Made by a program: the position numbers and the translations under genes
The notes under the pieces: generated by a model
What the model saw: the letters and a program-made list of their open reading frames with translations, nothing else
Told to the model about the DNA's origin: nothing
Database searches by the model: none
DNA from: a virus
Taxonomy: Duplodnaviria; Caudoviricetes
Length of the DNA stretch: 44,990 bases
Virus record (IMG/VR): IMGVR_UViG_3300024287_000001
Location: 1 to 44,990 of that record
Reading direction: 5' to 3' (one strand)
Shown here: one piece after another, positions 8,422 through 17,431 of the stretch
Layout of the letters: each line of letters starts with the position of its first letter
How positions within the stretch are numbered: position 1 is the stretch's first letter

Positions 8422-9792
8422 ATGGTAGTCCGTTTCTACAGCTCGGTCGCCCCCGAGACCACGCTCAGCGCCGGGATCACCGGCGCCAACACGTCCATCA
8501 CCGTAGGGTCCGTGACCGGCTTCCCTGCCAACACGCCTTACACCCTGGCTCTCGACTATGAGGGCCTGACCGAAGAGCTCGTCCAGGTCAACAGCGCTGC
8601 GGGTACCACGCTCACCGTGGCCCGGGCAGTCGACGGGACCTCCGCGGCCTCGCACAACGCAGGCGCCCGAGTCAGGCACGTCAGCTCCGCCCGAGACTTC
8701 GCGGACTCCCGGAGCCACGAGAACACCGGCAACGGTGTTCATGGGCTGCTGCCTGGTGAGGTCATTGTGGGTACGACCAGCGTGCAGACGCTGGTCAACA
8801 AGACGCTCACGGCTCCGGTCATCGATAACCCGACGATCAATGGCAATGTGAGCGGCAGTCCTACTATTCTCGGTGGGACTCTCACTGGTGATACTGCCGC
8901 CAGGGTGAGGCTTCAGAACACGACTGACGTCAGCCTGTCGTCCACGAACCACGCCTTCCAGATCGGGCTGGACTCTGCGGCCAACCTTCGAATGGACAAC
9001 AACGAGATCATCGCAGCCAACAACGGTGCGGCTTCTGCGCTGTTTGTCAACCCCGATGGTGGCAATATCTCCAGCTTCAACAACCTGGCGGCTGACAGCA
9101 CTACGAACACCTATACGGTGAACGGCGTGATGAACGCCACGCAGCACCAGTCGACAAGGCCCGGAGCCACGACCACTACGTTCAGCAGCCGCATCAATGG
9201 CGACACGCAGTCTCGACTGGCAGTGTTCGCTGATGGCTCACTCAACTGGGGCTCCGGTGCTGCCGGTCAGGACGTCAACCTGTACCGCAATTCATCCACC
9301 GAGCTGAGGACCGATGACAGCCTTACAGTCGGTGGCGCCACCCTCACGGTGGCTGGCAGTGCCAACGTTGCGGTGACCACGACCACCGCAGACCTGGTGG
9401 TTACGGGCAACTCCACGTTCGCGAGTATCACAATCCCTGCGGCCACACTGCTGAGCGCAGCCTCTGGGTGGTCGGTTGCGGGCACTTCGGCTGGAATCAC
9501 CAAGGCTGGTCACACGACGGTGGAGATGAACTTCACTCGCACCGGAGCGGACATCACCGTCAACGCCAACGGCACCATGACCCCGTCCAGCATTCAGCTG
9601 GGAACCGTGGCTGCGAGCTTCCGACACAACTCAGCCCTTGGCATCCTGACCACCCATGCTGGCAACACCAACGGCGCCGGTACCGCACAGGTGCTGACGA
9701 CCGGAGACGTCAACCTGGTCAAGTGGTCGCCCAACAGTACCATTCAGACCGGCAACACGGTGTCGATCACTCTGACCTGGCCGCTCCCGTAA
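8422..9792 (+). CDS. Tail fibre protein
   Basis: Thr/Gly/Ala/Asn-rich; QTLVNKTLTAP and DVNLYRNS fibre motifs. Confidence 0.75.
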   Translation: MVVRFYSSVAPETTLSAGITGANTSITVGSVTGFPANTPYTLALDYEGLTEELVQVNSAAGTTLTVARAVDGTSAASHNAGARVRHVSSARDFADSRSHENTGNGVHGLLPGEVIVGTTSVQTLVNKTLTAPVIDNPTINGNVSGSPTILGGTLTGDTAARVRLQNTTDVSLSSTNHAFQIGLDSAANLRMDNNEIIAANNGAASALFVNPDGGNISSFNNLAADSTTNTYTVNGVMNATQHQSTRPGATTTTFSSRINGDTQSRLAVFADGSLNWGSGAAGQDVNLYRNSSTELRTDDSLTVGGATLTVAGSANVAVTTTTADLVVTGNSTFASITIPAATLLSAASGWSVAGTSAGITKAGHTTVEMNFTRTGADITVNANGTMTPSSIQLGTVAASFRHNSALGILTTHAGNTNGAGTAQVLTTGDVNLVKWSPNSTIQTGNTVSITLTWPLP

Positions 9793-9801
9793 GGAGTAAG
9801 C

Positions 9802-11715
9802 ATGGAAGTCGTACGCAAGATTCCTGATCAGCTCAGTGGGCTGGGAGTATTCGGGTCCGGTCAGTACGTCCCTCAGGACAACCTGTACGACTACGCTATT
9901 GCCGGTATGCCTTTCCTCTCCGCCATCTCGGACGCTCGCCCGCACACGAACCGAATGGCCCCCATTCGCAAGGAGCAGTTCGACAACTTCGCAGAGCCGG
10001 GCGAGCAGTCCTTGCAGGGATGGTGGCTGCGGAGCCAGTCCACCTTCAATGGTGGCGCTGGCCTGCTGTACCAGGACCCCGACACGGACAACCAGTTCAA
10101 CTACAGGTTTGCCGACTCGCTTGGCATCGACCCCTGGACGGGTGGTCAGCTCAACCTCCTGAGGCAGACGGTCGCGGGCCAAGCCCGTGTCCTGACCAAC
10201 AACAGGGTGCAGGGTTACGTGACTACCGCGGGCGTCAATGCCTACTGGGACATGGACGCCCAGAACCTCACTAAGGTGACCGATGTCGGCACGACCGCCA
10301 TCATCACTGGAGCTGCTGACGTCCTGTTCGACCTGACCTCTACTGGCGATAAGTACATCATCGCAAGATCCACGGGAGTCTCAATCGGAACGGACGCTGG
10401 TGCGCCCGTTCTTCAGTACGCAGTGGCCCTGGCTAACGGCCTCATTGAGTTCATCAAGGATCGACTGATCTTGGCCTCAGGGCCCAACGTTTACCAGCTC
10501 ACCCTTACCGGTGGTCCGGGTCTGCCTGTCGCTGACTACACGCACCCCAACCCTAGCTGGAGGTGGCGGAGCATAAGCGATGGACCCAATGCCATCTACA
10601 TTGCAGGCGACGATGGCACCACCGGGCAAATCCATAAGTTCACGGTCGTCAACGGGACGACCGGAGTTCCCGAGTTCGAGTGGGCTGGAGTCACCGCCAC
10701 CATGCCTGGTGGCGAGAGGATCAATACGATCTACTCCTACGTCCAGTCCTTCGTCGGCATCGCCACAACCAAGGGCTTCAGGGTTGGAGAGATCGACGGC
10801 AACGGTGACATCACCTACGGGCCTCTGCTCTTCACCCCCGCCGGTGGCTGTGCTGGCATCACAGGCTTCGACACGTTCATGTGGACAGGCTCCACGGCGG
10901 ACCACGCGGGCAACTCAGGGCTTTACAGGGTGGACCTGGGGAATGTTATCCAGGAGCAGACGACAAGGGCTATACGGTACGCCTACGCCCGCGACATCTA
11001 CGCCACAGGGCCGACCAACGCAGTGACCTCGGTCACCAACTTCGGATCGTCCGACCGCATCGTGTATGCGGTGAACCTGCAAGGCTCCTTTAAGGAGCAG
11101 GCCACCGAGCTGCTGCCTCAGGGCAGCCTTGACACCGGTCGCATCAGGTTCAACACCGAGGAACCCAAGCTGTACAAGTTCTTCAGTGTCCGGACTGCAT
11201 CCCCACTGCTGGGAAACGTTACGGCCACCATCCTTTCCGAAGGTGGAGGCGTCATTCCGGCTATCACTTATGGACCCACGAGCAATGGAGGCACCAAGGA
11301 CGTCGGCATTCAGTTGCCCGCGGGTCCACAGAACTGGCTGGCCCTGAGGTTTACCCTCTTCAGGGATTCCCTGGTCACATCGCAGGGCGGAGTCATGAAC
11401 GGCTGGCAGGTCAAGGCCCTTCCTGGTTCCATCCGCCAGCGCATCATCACTCACCCGTTCCTCCTTCTGGACGAAGAGACCGACAAGGGAGGACAGCGCA
11501 TTGGGTACGAAGGCTATACGCAGGACCGGCTTACTCAGTTCGAGGCCATCGCCCGAGCAGGCGATGTCGTTCTCTTCCAGGAACTGGCAGCACAAATGGT
11601 TACGCAGGTTGTCATTGACGACTTCGAATTCCAGCAGACTGGACCTCCGGGCCCTAACGGCCCGACGGGAGGTTACTTGACTGTTGTTATGAGGACAGTG
11701 GCAGAGAGTACGTAA
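9802..11715 (+). CDS. Tail nozzle (tubular protein B-like)
   Basis: 637-aa beta-rich protein after adaptor and fibre. Confidence 0.6.
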   Translation: MEVVRKIPDQLSGLGVFGSGQYVPQDNLYDYAIAGMPFLSAISDARPHTNRMAPIRKEQFDNFAEPGEQSLQGWWLRSQSTFNGGAGLLYQDPDTDNQFNYRFADSLGIDPWTGGQLNLLRQTVAGQARVLTNNRVQGYVTTAGVNAYWDMDAQNLTKVTDVGTTAIITGAADVLFDLTSTGDKYIIARSTGVSIGTDAGAPVLQYAVALANGLIEFIKDRLILASGPNVYQLTLTGGPGLPVADYTHPNPSWRWRSISDGPNAIYIAGDDGTTGQIHKFTVVNGTTGVPEFEWAGVTATMPGGERINTIYSYVQSFVGIATTKGFRVGEIDGNGDITYGPLLFTPAGGCAGITGFDTFMWTGSTADHAGNSGLYRVDLGNVIQEQTTRAIRYAYARDIYATGPTNAVTSVTNFGSSDRIVYAVNLQGSFKEQATELLPQGSLDTGRIRFNTEEPKLYKFFSVRTASPLLGNVTATILSEGGGVIPAITYGPTSNGGTKDVGIQLPAGPQNWLALRFTLFRDSLVTSQGGVMNGWQVKALPGSIRQRIITHPFLLLDEETDKGGQRIGYEGYTQDRLTQFEAIARAGDVVLFQELAAQMVTQVVIDDFEFQQTGPPGPNGPTGGYLTVVMRTVAEST

Positions 11716-11729
11716 CTTAGGAGGGGGAC

Positions 11730-12020
11730 ATGGACCCTGCAATGGTAGCCAATATCGCTGTACTCGCAGCAGGTATTGGTGGGGGATGGGCAACAGGGCG
11801 ACGCGGTGTCGCCCGCCAGACGGTGGACCTGCTACAGATTCAGGTGGATTCACTCAAGGATGAGAAGGCGGAGAAGGACTCAGAACTCGGTGAGCTGAGA
11901 GGCAGGGTCGAAGTTCTTGAGAACCTTGTCACGCAGCGAGCCGCAGTGAGCGAAGTCCACGAAGAGCTGCAGGTCGTGCACCACAAGGTGGACCGCATTG
12001 CTGCTAAGGTGGGGGCATGA
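11730..12020 (+). CDS. Membrane-anchored coiled-coil protein (lysis-associated)
   Basis: N-terminal hydrophobic segment then coiled-coil; near the holin. Confidence 0.55.
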   Translation: MDPAMVANIAVLAAGIGGGWATGRRGVARQTVDLLQIQVDSLKDEKAEKDSELGELRGRVEVLENLVTQRAAVSEVHEELQVVHHKVDRIAAKVGA

Positions 12021-12259
12021 CTCCCCTTTGGCTCAAGCGGCCCGTCATGGTAGTGACCAACGAGCGTGAGCGCTTCGCGGTGACGCACGTACAGAAGGCC
12101 CTAGGATGGCCTGAGACTGGAGAGATGGACGATGGGACCAAGTCCCATCTCCGAGGGCTTCAGATGCTCTTCCAGCTGCCTGTGACGGGCATCTTGGATG
12201 AGGCAACAGCAGAGCAAGTCGAACGCATCCGTGAGTACGGATCAGTAGAAGGAGCATGA
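12017..12259 (+). CDS. Stand-alone peptidoglycan-binding (PG_binding_1-like) protein
   Basis: VTHVQKALG..TGEMDDGTKSHLRGLQ..QLPVTGILDEAT pattern. Confidence 0.7.
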   Translation: MTPLWLKRPVMVVTNERERFAVTHVQKALGWPETGEMDDGTKSHLRGLQMLFQLPVTGILDEATAEQVERIREYGSVEGA

Positions 12260-12562
12260 ATGGCAGTTACTGTGATTTTCGATGGAGAACTCCCGGCATC
12301 CTCTTCGGGCCCGACGACTGCGGTCGAAGTTCCCGAGTCAACCGCTTACACCCTCTCCATCAAGGGAAGCGCCACCCCGCAATTCAGTCTCGATGACGTC
12401 AAGTACTTCGAGCTGAACGCGACCGGCATGACCTCGGTGGACACCGGCCCTACCGGTGTCCTGGCTCGGCGAATTTCTGGACTGCCTGTCAAGTACGTCA
12501 GGGTCAGGAACAACAATGACGCGGCCGAGAGCGGCGTCGTCGTAACCATCTGCTCAATTTAA
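12260..12562 (+). CDS. Hypothetical (structural-like) protein
   Basis: SD AAGGAG; contiguous ORF. Confidence 0.65.
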   Translation: MAVTVIFDGELPASSSGPTTAVEVPESTAYTLSIKGSATPQFSLDDVKYFELNATGMTSVDTGPTGVLARRISGLPVKYVRVRNNNDAAESGVVVTICSI

Positions 12563-12571
12563 GGGGTTAAC

Positions 12572-12763
12572 ATGAGCGCTTATCTCAAGGACCTGGCAGA
12601 GCGAGTGGTGGCTACGGCTGCATTCGCCTTCGTCTCGGTCTTCAGTGTGTCGGACCTGTCGTCCGCCAAGTCTGCGGGCATCGCGGCCGCGGCTGCGGCC
12701 CTGTCTCTCGTCAAGGGAGCGCTTGCCAAGTTCGTTGGCGATGAGTCGGCAGGACTCAAGTAG
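12572..12763 (+). CDS. Holin (r1t-like)
   Basis: 63 aa, LKDLAERVVAT motif and two hydrophobic segments. Confidence 0.75.
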   Translation: MSAYLKDLAERVVATAAFAFVSVFSVSDLSSAKSAGIAAAAAALSLVKGALAKFVGDESAGLK

Positions 12764-12779
12764 TACCAGCAACAACTAA

Positions 12780-12813
12780 GCCGGGCACCCTTTCGGGGGT
12801 GCCCGGCCTTTTT
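12780..12813 (+). terminator. Intrinsic terminator where the two arms converge (possibly bidirectional)
   Basis: GCCGGGCACCC-loop-GGGTGCCCGGC followed by CTTTTT. Confidence 0.88.
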
Positions 12814-12823
12814 GCGTTTCAGG

Positions 12824-12958
12824 CTACTCTCCGCATTGCGAGAGGTCTTCCTCTTCGATCACGGTGTCACACTGACAGCAAACCTCACCCTCACCGACGC
12901 CGACAGCTTTCCCGCCCTCGAAGAGGGTCCACAGTTCGTAGTGCACGCAGTGCTCCAT
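12824..12958 (-). CDS. 44-aa Cys-containing hypothetical protein
   Basis: TGATG coupling; MEHCVHYELW...CCQCDTV. Confidence 0.6.
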   Translation of the reverse strand: MEHCVHYELWTLFEGGKAVGVGEGEVCCQCDTVIEEEDLSQCGE

Positions 12959-13041
12959 CACTGCCCACTCCCGCAGCCGTTGCAGGAATGGTAGTCCTTG
13001 CCGTTTATCATGCCGCACTTGCGGCAGATCCAGTCACTCAT
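12958..13041 (-). CDS. 27-aa RanBP2-type zinc-finger microprotein
   Basis: MSDWICRKCGMINGKDYHSCNGCGSGQ (WxCxxCxxxN-x6-CxxC); SD GGAGG. Confidence 0.65.
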   Translation of the reverse strand: MSDWICRKCGMINGKDYHSCNGCGSGQ

Positions 13042-13162
13042 CGTCGCCCTCCGGGTCAAGGAGTGTCCACGTTCCACGCTCGGTCAGTACCCAGAAGTAG
13101 TCGGGGTCCTTACCGGCATCCCGGTCTTCCGAGTCGTACCACATCGGGATCGGCTCACCCAT
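13034..13162 (-). CDS. Hypothetical protein
   Basis: Overlapping, coupled ORF (MGEPIPMWYD...). Confidence 0.55.
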   Translation of the reverse strand: MGEPIPMWYDSEDRDAGKDPDYFWVLTERGTWTLLDPEGDDE

Positions 13163-13598
13163 GGCGAATCTCCCCGCAGTCGGTGCACTCGGACTGAAGG
13201 CCACCGACGTACTTCCAGTGATGCCAGCAGACGTCGTCAAGCGAGACGCGAATGGCCTCGCGGTCTTCGATGGTGACCTGCGCGGCCCGCTCGGGACGGG
13301 CACCGCTTTCGAGGTACGCGTGAGCGATGACCGAGTAGCCAGCCAGGTCCAGCAGGGAGTCGATGAGCGGCTCATTGTTGGCCTGCTTGCCGTTGTCCTC
13401 GAACAGGGTTTCAATCCTGGTCATCTTGATGGAGATCTGCGCCAGCATGAGCTGGAGTGGAGTGATTCCAGCGAACTCCGCAGACTTCTCGAAGTTGCTG
13501 AACTCCCCGGTCGGTGCGTAGTCGGAGTTCTTCTTGGTCAGCGTCTCCGCCAGGTGCTCCGCGGATGCTGCGATGAAGCTGTTCGGATCTCTGGTCAC
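13155..13598 (-). CDS. Nucleotide-modification-associated domain (DUF1599-like) protein
   Basis: KKNSDY..FSNF..KMTRI..EPLIDSLLDLAGYS signature; GTGA-coupled start. Confidence 0.7.
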   Translation of the reverse strand: MTRDPNSFIAASAEHLAETLTKKNSDYAPTGEFSNFEKSAEFAGITPLQLMLAQISIKMTRIETLFEDNGKQANNEPLIDSLLDLAGYSVIAHAYLESGARPERAAQVTIEDREAIRVSLDDVCWHHWKYVGGLQSECTDCGEIRHG

Positions 13599-13921
13599 AG
13601 GACCGGCTCCCCATTCTCGTACCGCTTGGACTCGATGGTGTGCCACATCAGCTTGGCCCCATCCTCGGGGCTTTCGAGGTATGCCGCCAACTGCTGCCGC
13701 TCAACCAGCAGCGTGCCATAGTTCGGGATCCACCCGTTCCACGGAATCTTCCGGGTGTACGGGCCCACGATCTTGACGTCCTGATAGGGCGTGCCAGGGG
13801 CCACGCCTCCCGAGTAAACACCACCCTTGTGGTTTACGTAGTCCTCGCGACTGACGTACGTCGCGTCGTGCTGGATCCTGAACCGGTAAACGTTGGTGGT
13901 GTCTAGGGCTGTCCTTGCCAT
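13595..13921 (-). CDS. Hypothetical protein
   Basis: Contiguous ORF in the operon. Confidence 0.7.
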   Translation of the reverse strand: MARTALDTTNVYRFRIQHDATYVSREDYVNHKGGVYSGGVAPGTPYQDVKIVGPYTRKIPWNGWIPNYGTLLVERQQLAAYLESPEDGAKLMWHTIESKRYENGEPVL

Positions 13922-14301
13922 ACGATTACCCTCTCAATCTTGGCGTCTTCGATCATGTTGGTGCACTGAAGGCAGGGCGGCTCAGTCACGTAGATCGTGG
14001 CACCTTTGCAGGCTTGCTTGCCTGCGTCCGTGATGGCCTGGTACTCGGCATGCAGGGCCCGACAGGGAAACAGGTTGTAGTCCGCATCCTTCGGAACCTC
14101 ATCGTGTGACAGGAGACCACGAGGGCAGCCGCCCTCATTGCAGTGCTTCTTGCCTGAAGCTACGCCATTGTACCCCTGACCGATGATGCGCTTGTCCTTG
14201 ACGACCACGGCGCCAACCTGGCGCCTTGTGCACGTAGAGCGAAGGGACCAGACCTTCGCGATATCCTTGAAAGTCTGGTCCCATTCGGGCCGCTCAGCCA
14301 T
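13903..14301 (-). CDS. dCMP deaminase
   Basis: RSTC.RRQVGAV, GYNG, HAE and PCxxC zinc motifs. Confidence 0.93.
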   Translation of the reverse strand: MAERPEWDQTFKDIAKVWSLRSTCTRRQVGAVVVKDKRIIGQGYNGVASGKKHCNEGGCPRGLLSHDEVPKDADYNLFPCRALHAEYQAITDAGKQACKGATIYVTEPPCLQCTNMIEDAKIERVIVWQGQP

Positions 14302-14494
14302 TCGGCCTCAAGAGGAATTCGAGGAAGGGCACGATCTCATCGACCTCGAACCAGCCCCACCGGCCATCCCTCTTTCGGTAGCCGATGTCGAACGTGGCGG
14401 TGTCCGGGTCAATGTCGATGTCGGTAACCTCCTCGAACTCGACACCCTCACTGGCCAGCCACTCGCTCAGCTGGTGCTTGAGTTCTTCGTTCAT
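14294..14494 (-). CDS. Hypothetical protein
   Basis: ATGA-coupled start MNEELK. Confidence 0.65.
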   Translation of the reverse strand: MNEELKHQLSEWLASEGVEFEEVTDIDIDPDTATFDIGYRKRDGRWGWFEVDEIVPFLEFLLRPNG

Positions 14495-14556
14495 GCCGGG
14501 CACCCGCAATGCGGCGGGAAGTGCGGCGGGCGAAGACAGTTCGGGTTGCTATACAT
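14491..14556 (-). CDS. 21-aa microprotein
   Basis: MYSNPNCLRPPHFPPHCGCPA; SD GGAGG; exactly bridges neighbouring genes. Confidence 0.5.
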   Translation of the reverse strand: MYSNPNCLRPPHFPPHCGCPA

Positions 14557-14734
14557 CGAACTTGACCTCCGGGTCGGGAATGAGGATGTAGTCCTCACCG
14601 GCCAGATACCAGACCTTGATGGGCTGGCCCTTGCGCTTGGCATTCTTCAGGGCCAGCTTGACGTGACGCTCTTCGCTACATCCGGACCACACCGACCTGC
14701 GGCCAGTCGCCCAGATCAGATACTTAGTTGTCAC
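14549..14734 (-). CDS. Hypothetical protein
   Basis: GTG start overlapping the upstream gene (MTTKYLIW...). Confidence 0.6.
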   Translation of the reverse strand: MTTKYLIWATGRRSVWSGCSEERHVKLALKNAKRKGQPIKVWYLAGEDYILIPDPEVKFDV

Positions 14735-14894
14735 TGGATCGGTTCTTCTCGTCGTTGTACGGAGCCCAGTTCCCGTACTCCTCGGGCTGGGCACTCGGGT
14801 CGCCACCATTCTCGGCGATCTGAAGGTCAAACTCCAGGGCCTTTTCGGCAGGAGTTGCGTTCGGGTCGAACGGGATGTCGTTCCACTTCGGCAT
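14724..14894 (-). CDS. Hypothetical protein
   Basis: SD AAGGA; MPKWNDIPF... Confidence 0.6.
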   Translation of the reverse strand: MPKWNDIPFDPNATPAEKALEFDLQIAENGGDPSAQPEEYGNWAPYNDEKNRSSDN

Positions 14895-14895
14895 G

Positions 14896-15225
14896 TCAGG
14901 GTCCTTCCATGATTCCAGTGATGTACCAGACGTAGTACTCGGTGTGCTCATCGCCATCGGTCGTGAAGGAGTTATCGGCATGGTGGAGTTCGACGCCCTG
15001 ACCTTCGGCAATGCCACTCAGGACCTGCCAGGCGCCACGCTCAGTGCGATTGAGGCTGACCACCTCCTCCAGCTCCACATCCGTACCCTTGGGGCCCCAG
15101 GCGGCAATCACCAGGTAGCGCTCTTCGTCCATCTCCGCCATCTCCTCTTCGAGAGTTCGCTCATACTTTGGCTTAGTGGGGAGCCGCCCCTCGGGGGGCG
15201 GCTGTCGCCAAGACTTGCTCATCAC
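14896..15225 (-). CDS. Hypothetical protein
   Basis: Coupled to the primase stop. Confidence 0.7.
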   Translation of the reverse strand: MMSKSWRQPPPEGRLPTKPKYERTLEEEMAEMDEERYLVIAAWGPKGTDVELEEVVSLNRTERGAWQVLSGIAEGQGVELHHADNSFTTDGDEHTEYYVWYITGIMEGP

Positions 15226-15899
15226 TTCTTGATCCTGTCGATGATCGCCTGCGCTCCATACTTCACGTAGGTAGAGTTTACATCCTCACCCTTGGGAAGT
15301 CGAACCTTGAGCACGGGCATCGACAGCTTGTCCTTCAGCCGCTCGTACAGCTTGCGGCCTGCCTCATCGGCATCCGCGAACACGTAGATCCGGGACAGAT
15401 CCTCGAAGACGTTGATCCAGTGGTCCTCCCAGTTGCCAGCACCGGGGATGGAGATCGCGGGAATTCCGATCTGGCGGAGAATGAGGGAGTCCAGCTCCCC
15501 TTCGCACACACCGATCCAGTCGGCCGCATCATCGAAGGACCGCACGCCGTACAGGTTGACCGGCATGTCCGGGTTGATGTTGGGCCGGATGTACTTGGAG
15601 CACTTGTGCTCCTTGCCGTCCTTGACGTAGGCCACCGACTCCTTGCAGACGTGAGGCTTCAAGCACCGGAACGACAGGCCGACGACCCCGAAGTCAGTGA
15701 TGTACGGGATGGACAGGCGCCCGTCCCAGACCTCATCGATTGCCGGAGGATCGACCACCACTCCAAGTCCTTCGTACCTTGCGTGATCCAGATCGATCCC
15801 CCGACCCGCGAGCCAGTCGGCCGCGAGATCCAGATGCTCGGCGTACCGAGATGCCCTGCTGTCGAGCGATTCCCTCTGCTCTTTCGAGAGCGCTGGCAT
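15222..15899 (-). CDS. DNA primase, catalytic TOPRIM part
   Basis: WLAGRGI, GRLSIPY, SKY, VCEGELD and FADADEAG motifs; SD AAGGAG before ATG 15899. Confidence 0.9.
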   Translation of the reverse strand: MPALSKEQRESLDSRASRYAEHLDLAADWLAGRGIDLDHARYEGLGVVVDPPAIDEVWDGRLSIPYITDFGVVGLSFRCLKPHVCKESVAYVKDGKEHKCSKYIRPNINPDMPVNLYGVRSFDDAADWIGVCEGELDSLILRQIGIPAISIPGAGNWEDHWINVFEDLSRIYVFADADEAGRKLYERLKDKLSMPVLKVRLPKGEDVNSTYVKYGAQAIIDRIKK

Positions 15900-16143
15900 A
15901 GTCGATGTTCTCCTTTTGCATGATGATCTGTACGGCATTACCCTGCGGGCAGTCCGGGTGTGTGTGGCAATGGAACCAGCCAGCCGCAGTGTTCAGGGTG
16001 GCCGAAGGGCTGGAGTCCCCATGGAACGGGCACTTATAGGGACGGCTGCCAAGGTCCTCGGTGGCGTCGTCGCCACCGTAGTGGATCAGCACGGGCACCA
16101 GGTACTCGGGGTACTGGGGAAGTTCTCCTTGGCCCCGCCTCAC
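15733..16143 (-). CDS. DNA primase, zinc-binding (CHC2-like) part
   Basis: CPFHGDSSPS..WFHCH..C.QGNAVQIIMQKENIDY..AL. Confidence 0.88.
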   Translation of the reverse strand: MRRGQGELPQYPEYLVPVLIHYGGDDATEDLGSRPYKCPFHGDSSPSATLNTAAGWFHCHTHPDCPQGNAVQIIMQKENIDYASALERAEGIARQQGISVRRASGSRGRLARGSGDRSGSRKVRRTWSGGRSSGNR

Positions 16144-16313
16144 TTAGCCCACCAGAATCCGCGGCGCTTGCACTCTTCGGTCACGATGTTCAGCAGCTCC
16201 CGAAGCATGACGGCCTGAGGGCCGTCGCCATAAACGATCTCGTCGTCACCATACACGACCTCATCTTCAATCAGGTTGTGCAGTGTGGCCAGCTGATCGT
16301 CATTGAACTCCAT
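16140..16313 (-). CDS. 57-aa hypothetical protein
   Basis: MEFNDDQLATLHNLIEDE...; GTGA overlap with the primase zinc-finger gene. Confidence 0.65.
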   Translation of the reverse strand: MEFNDDQLATLHNLIEDEVVYGDDEIVYGDGPQAVMLRELLNIVTEECKRRGFWWAK

Positions 16314-16315
16314 CA

Positions 16316-16510
16316 TCAGATCTCCACCTCGTACTCATAGGTGCGTGAAGGGGCGTACACCCTGGCAGCCTTCTCGGCATCCTTCTGCGCCTTGCGCTCC
16401 GATCGAGAGACGCCAAGCATGACGTGCATCGGTTCGCCATCGACGTACAGGAGCCACGTCCAGGGCCAATGACTTCGGCCGTTCGGCTTGATCTCAATCC
16501 GGAACTTCAT
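16316..16510 (-). CDS. Hypothetical protein
   Basis: Contiguous ORF. Confidence 0.65.
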   Translation of the reverse strand: MKFRIEIKPNGRSHWPWTWLLYVDGEPMHVMLGVSRSERKAQKDAEKAARVYAPSRTYEYEVEI

Positions 16511-16901
16511 CGGGCTTCACCTTTCCGATCACCTTAAATGCTGGAGGCTGCTGCAGGTAGTGGTAAGCGTTGTACGCCTTGGCCGGATCATCTCTCAGAT
16601 GCCCAAGGATCTTATTGCACGGGCTGCACAGCAGACCTCGAACGTACCCGGTGACGTGATCGTGATCAACCGCAAGCCTGCGGGTTTTCCCGGTGGCTCG
16701 CTGGCAGATGTAGCACACACCCCTCTGCGCCTCGTGCAGGGCCTCGTACTGCTCGATGGTAAGTCCGTAGGTCTTAAGGATCCAGCGGGCGTGAGACGCC
16801 CGCGCAGCGGCCTTCTTGCGGTCTCTGTGGCAGGAAGCGCACCGGGGACCGGGAGCGCTGAGCTTCCTGGTCCCCGACCCGCACCCCTTACAGGCTGGCA
16901 A
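16494..16901 (-). CDS. Endonuclease VII (Holliday junction resolvase family)
   Basis: YGLT..Q.GVCYIC..LAVDHDH.TG.VRGLLCSPCN..LG. Confidence 0.93.
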   Translation of the reverse strand: MPACKGCGSGTRKLSAPGPRCASCHRDRKKAAARASHARWILKTYGLTIEQYEALHEAQRGVCYICQRATGKTRRLAVDHDHVTGYVRGLLCSPCNKILGHLRDDPAKAYNAYHYLQQPPAFKVIGKVKPDEVPD

Positions 16902-17121
16902 GGTACTCTACGTACGTCATCTGGCAGCCGTCGACCTGGCAGTAATCGAAGTCTCCGGTCGGGTGGCCAAACGAGTGGTAATGATTGTCCTTGCGCTCCG
17001 CCAGCCACTCGAACTGAAGTTTGTCCAGCAGGAGGTTGATGGTGTGCTCACCGTAGCCAGCACGCTGCAACCCCTCCCAGACTGCACGCTCCGCGGGGCC
17101 GCCGTTCACCTGGTCACTCAT
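16888..17121 (-). CDS. Hypothetical protein
   Basis: SD GAGGAG before MSDQVNGG. Confidence 0.65.
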   Translation of the reverse strand: MSDQVNGGPAERAVWEGLQRAGYGEHTINLLLDKLQFEWLAERKDNHYHSFGHPTGDFDYCQVDGCQMTYVEYLASL

Positions 17122-17197
17122 CGTTCGACTCCTCGTGGTTGCAGGACCCGTGCTCAAGGCACGGGTACTCACGTCCACACCAGCAGTTAGCTGCCAT
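17114..17197 (-). CDS. 27-aa Cys/His microprotein
   Basis: MAANCWCGREYPCLEHGSCNHEESNDE; SD GGAGG; bridges the gap. Confidence 0.5.
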   Translation of the reverse strand: MAANCWCGREYPCLEHGSCNHEESNDE

Positions 17198-17342
17198 CGT
17201 CAACCCTCCCATTCCCGCAGCACACGATACACGTCTGAATGACGTGCTCGATGATTGGATTCCCATTGCCGTCGTATGACGCATGGGGGTACTCGATCTG
17301 GCCCGACCCGAGACAGGCCAGACACGGCATCTCGGTCATCAT
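17187..17342 (-). CDS. Small DnaJ-type zinc-finger protein
   Basis: Two CxxCxGxG motifs; SD AAGGAGG. Confidence 0.7.
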   Translation of the reverse strand: MMTEMPCLACLGSGQIEYPHASYDGNGNPIIEHVIQTCIVCCGNGRVDDGS

Positions 17343-17431
17343 CCCTCCTTGAACATTCCGCAGTTGATGCAGGTCAGGCCGTACCTCTTGCCGTCCCACG
17401 CCCTGATCCAGCAGTGCTTGCACTCACTCAC
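17339..17431 (-). CDS. 30-aa Cys-rich microprotein
   Basis: MSECKHCWIRAWDGKRYGLTCINCGMFKEG; GTGA overlap with the helicase stop. Confidence 0.55.
   Translation of the reverse strand: MSECKHCWIRAWDGKRYGLTCINCGMFKEG

Noticed and set aside
13155-14301. DNA hypermodification pathway
   Set aside because: Only a DUF1599-like protein and dCMP deaminase; no thymidylate synthase, kinase, transferase or phage polymerase seen
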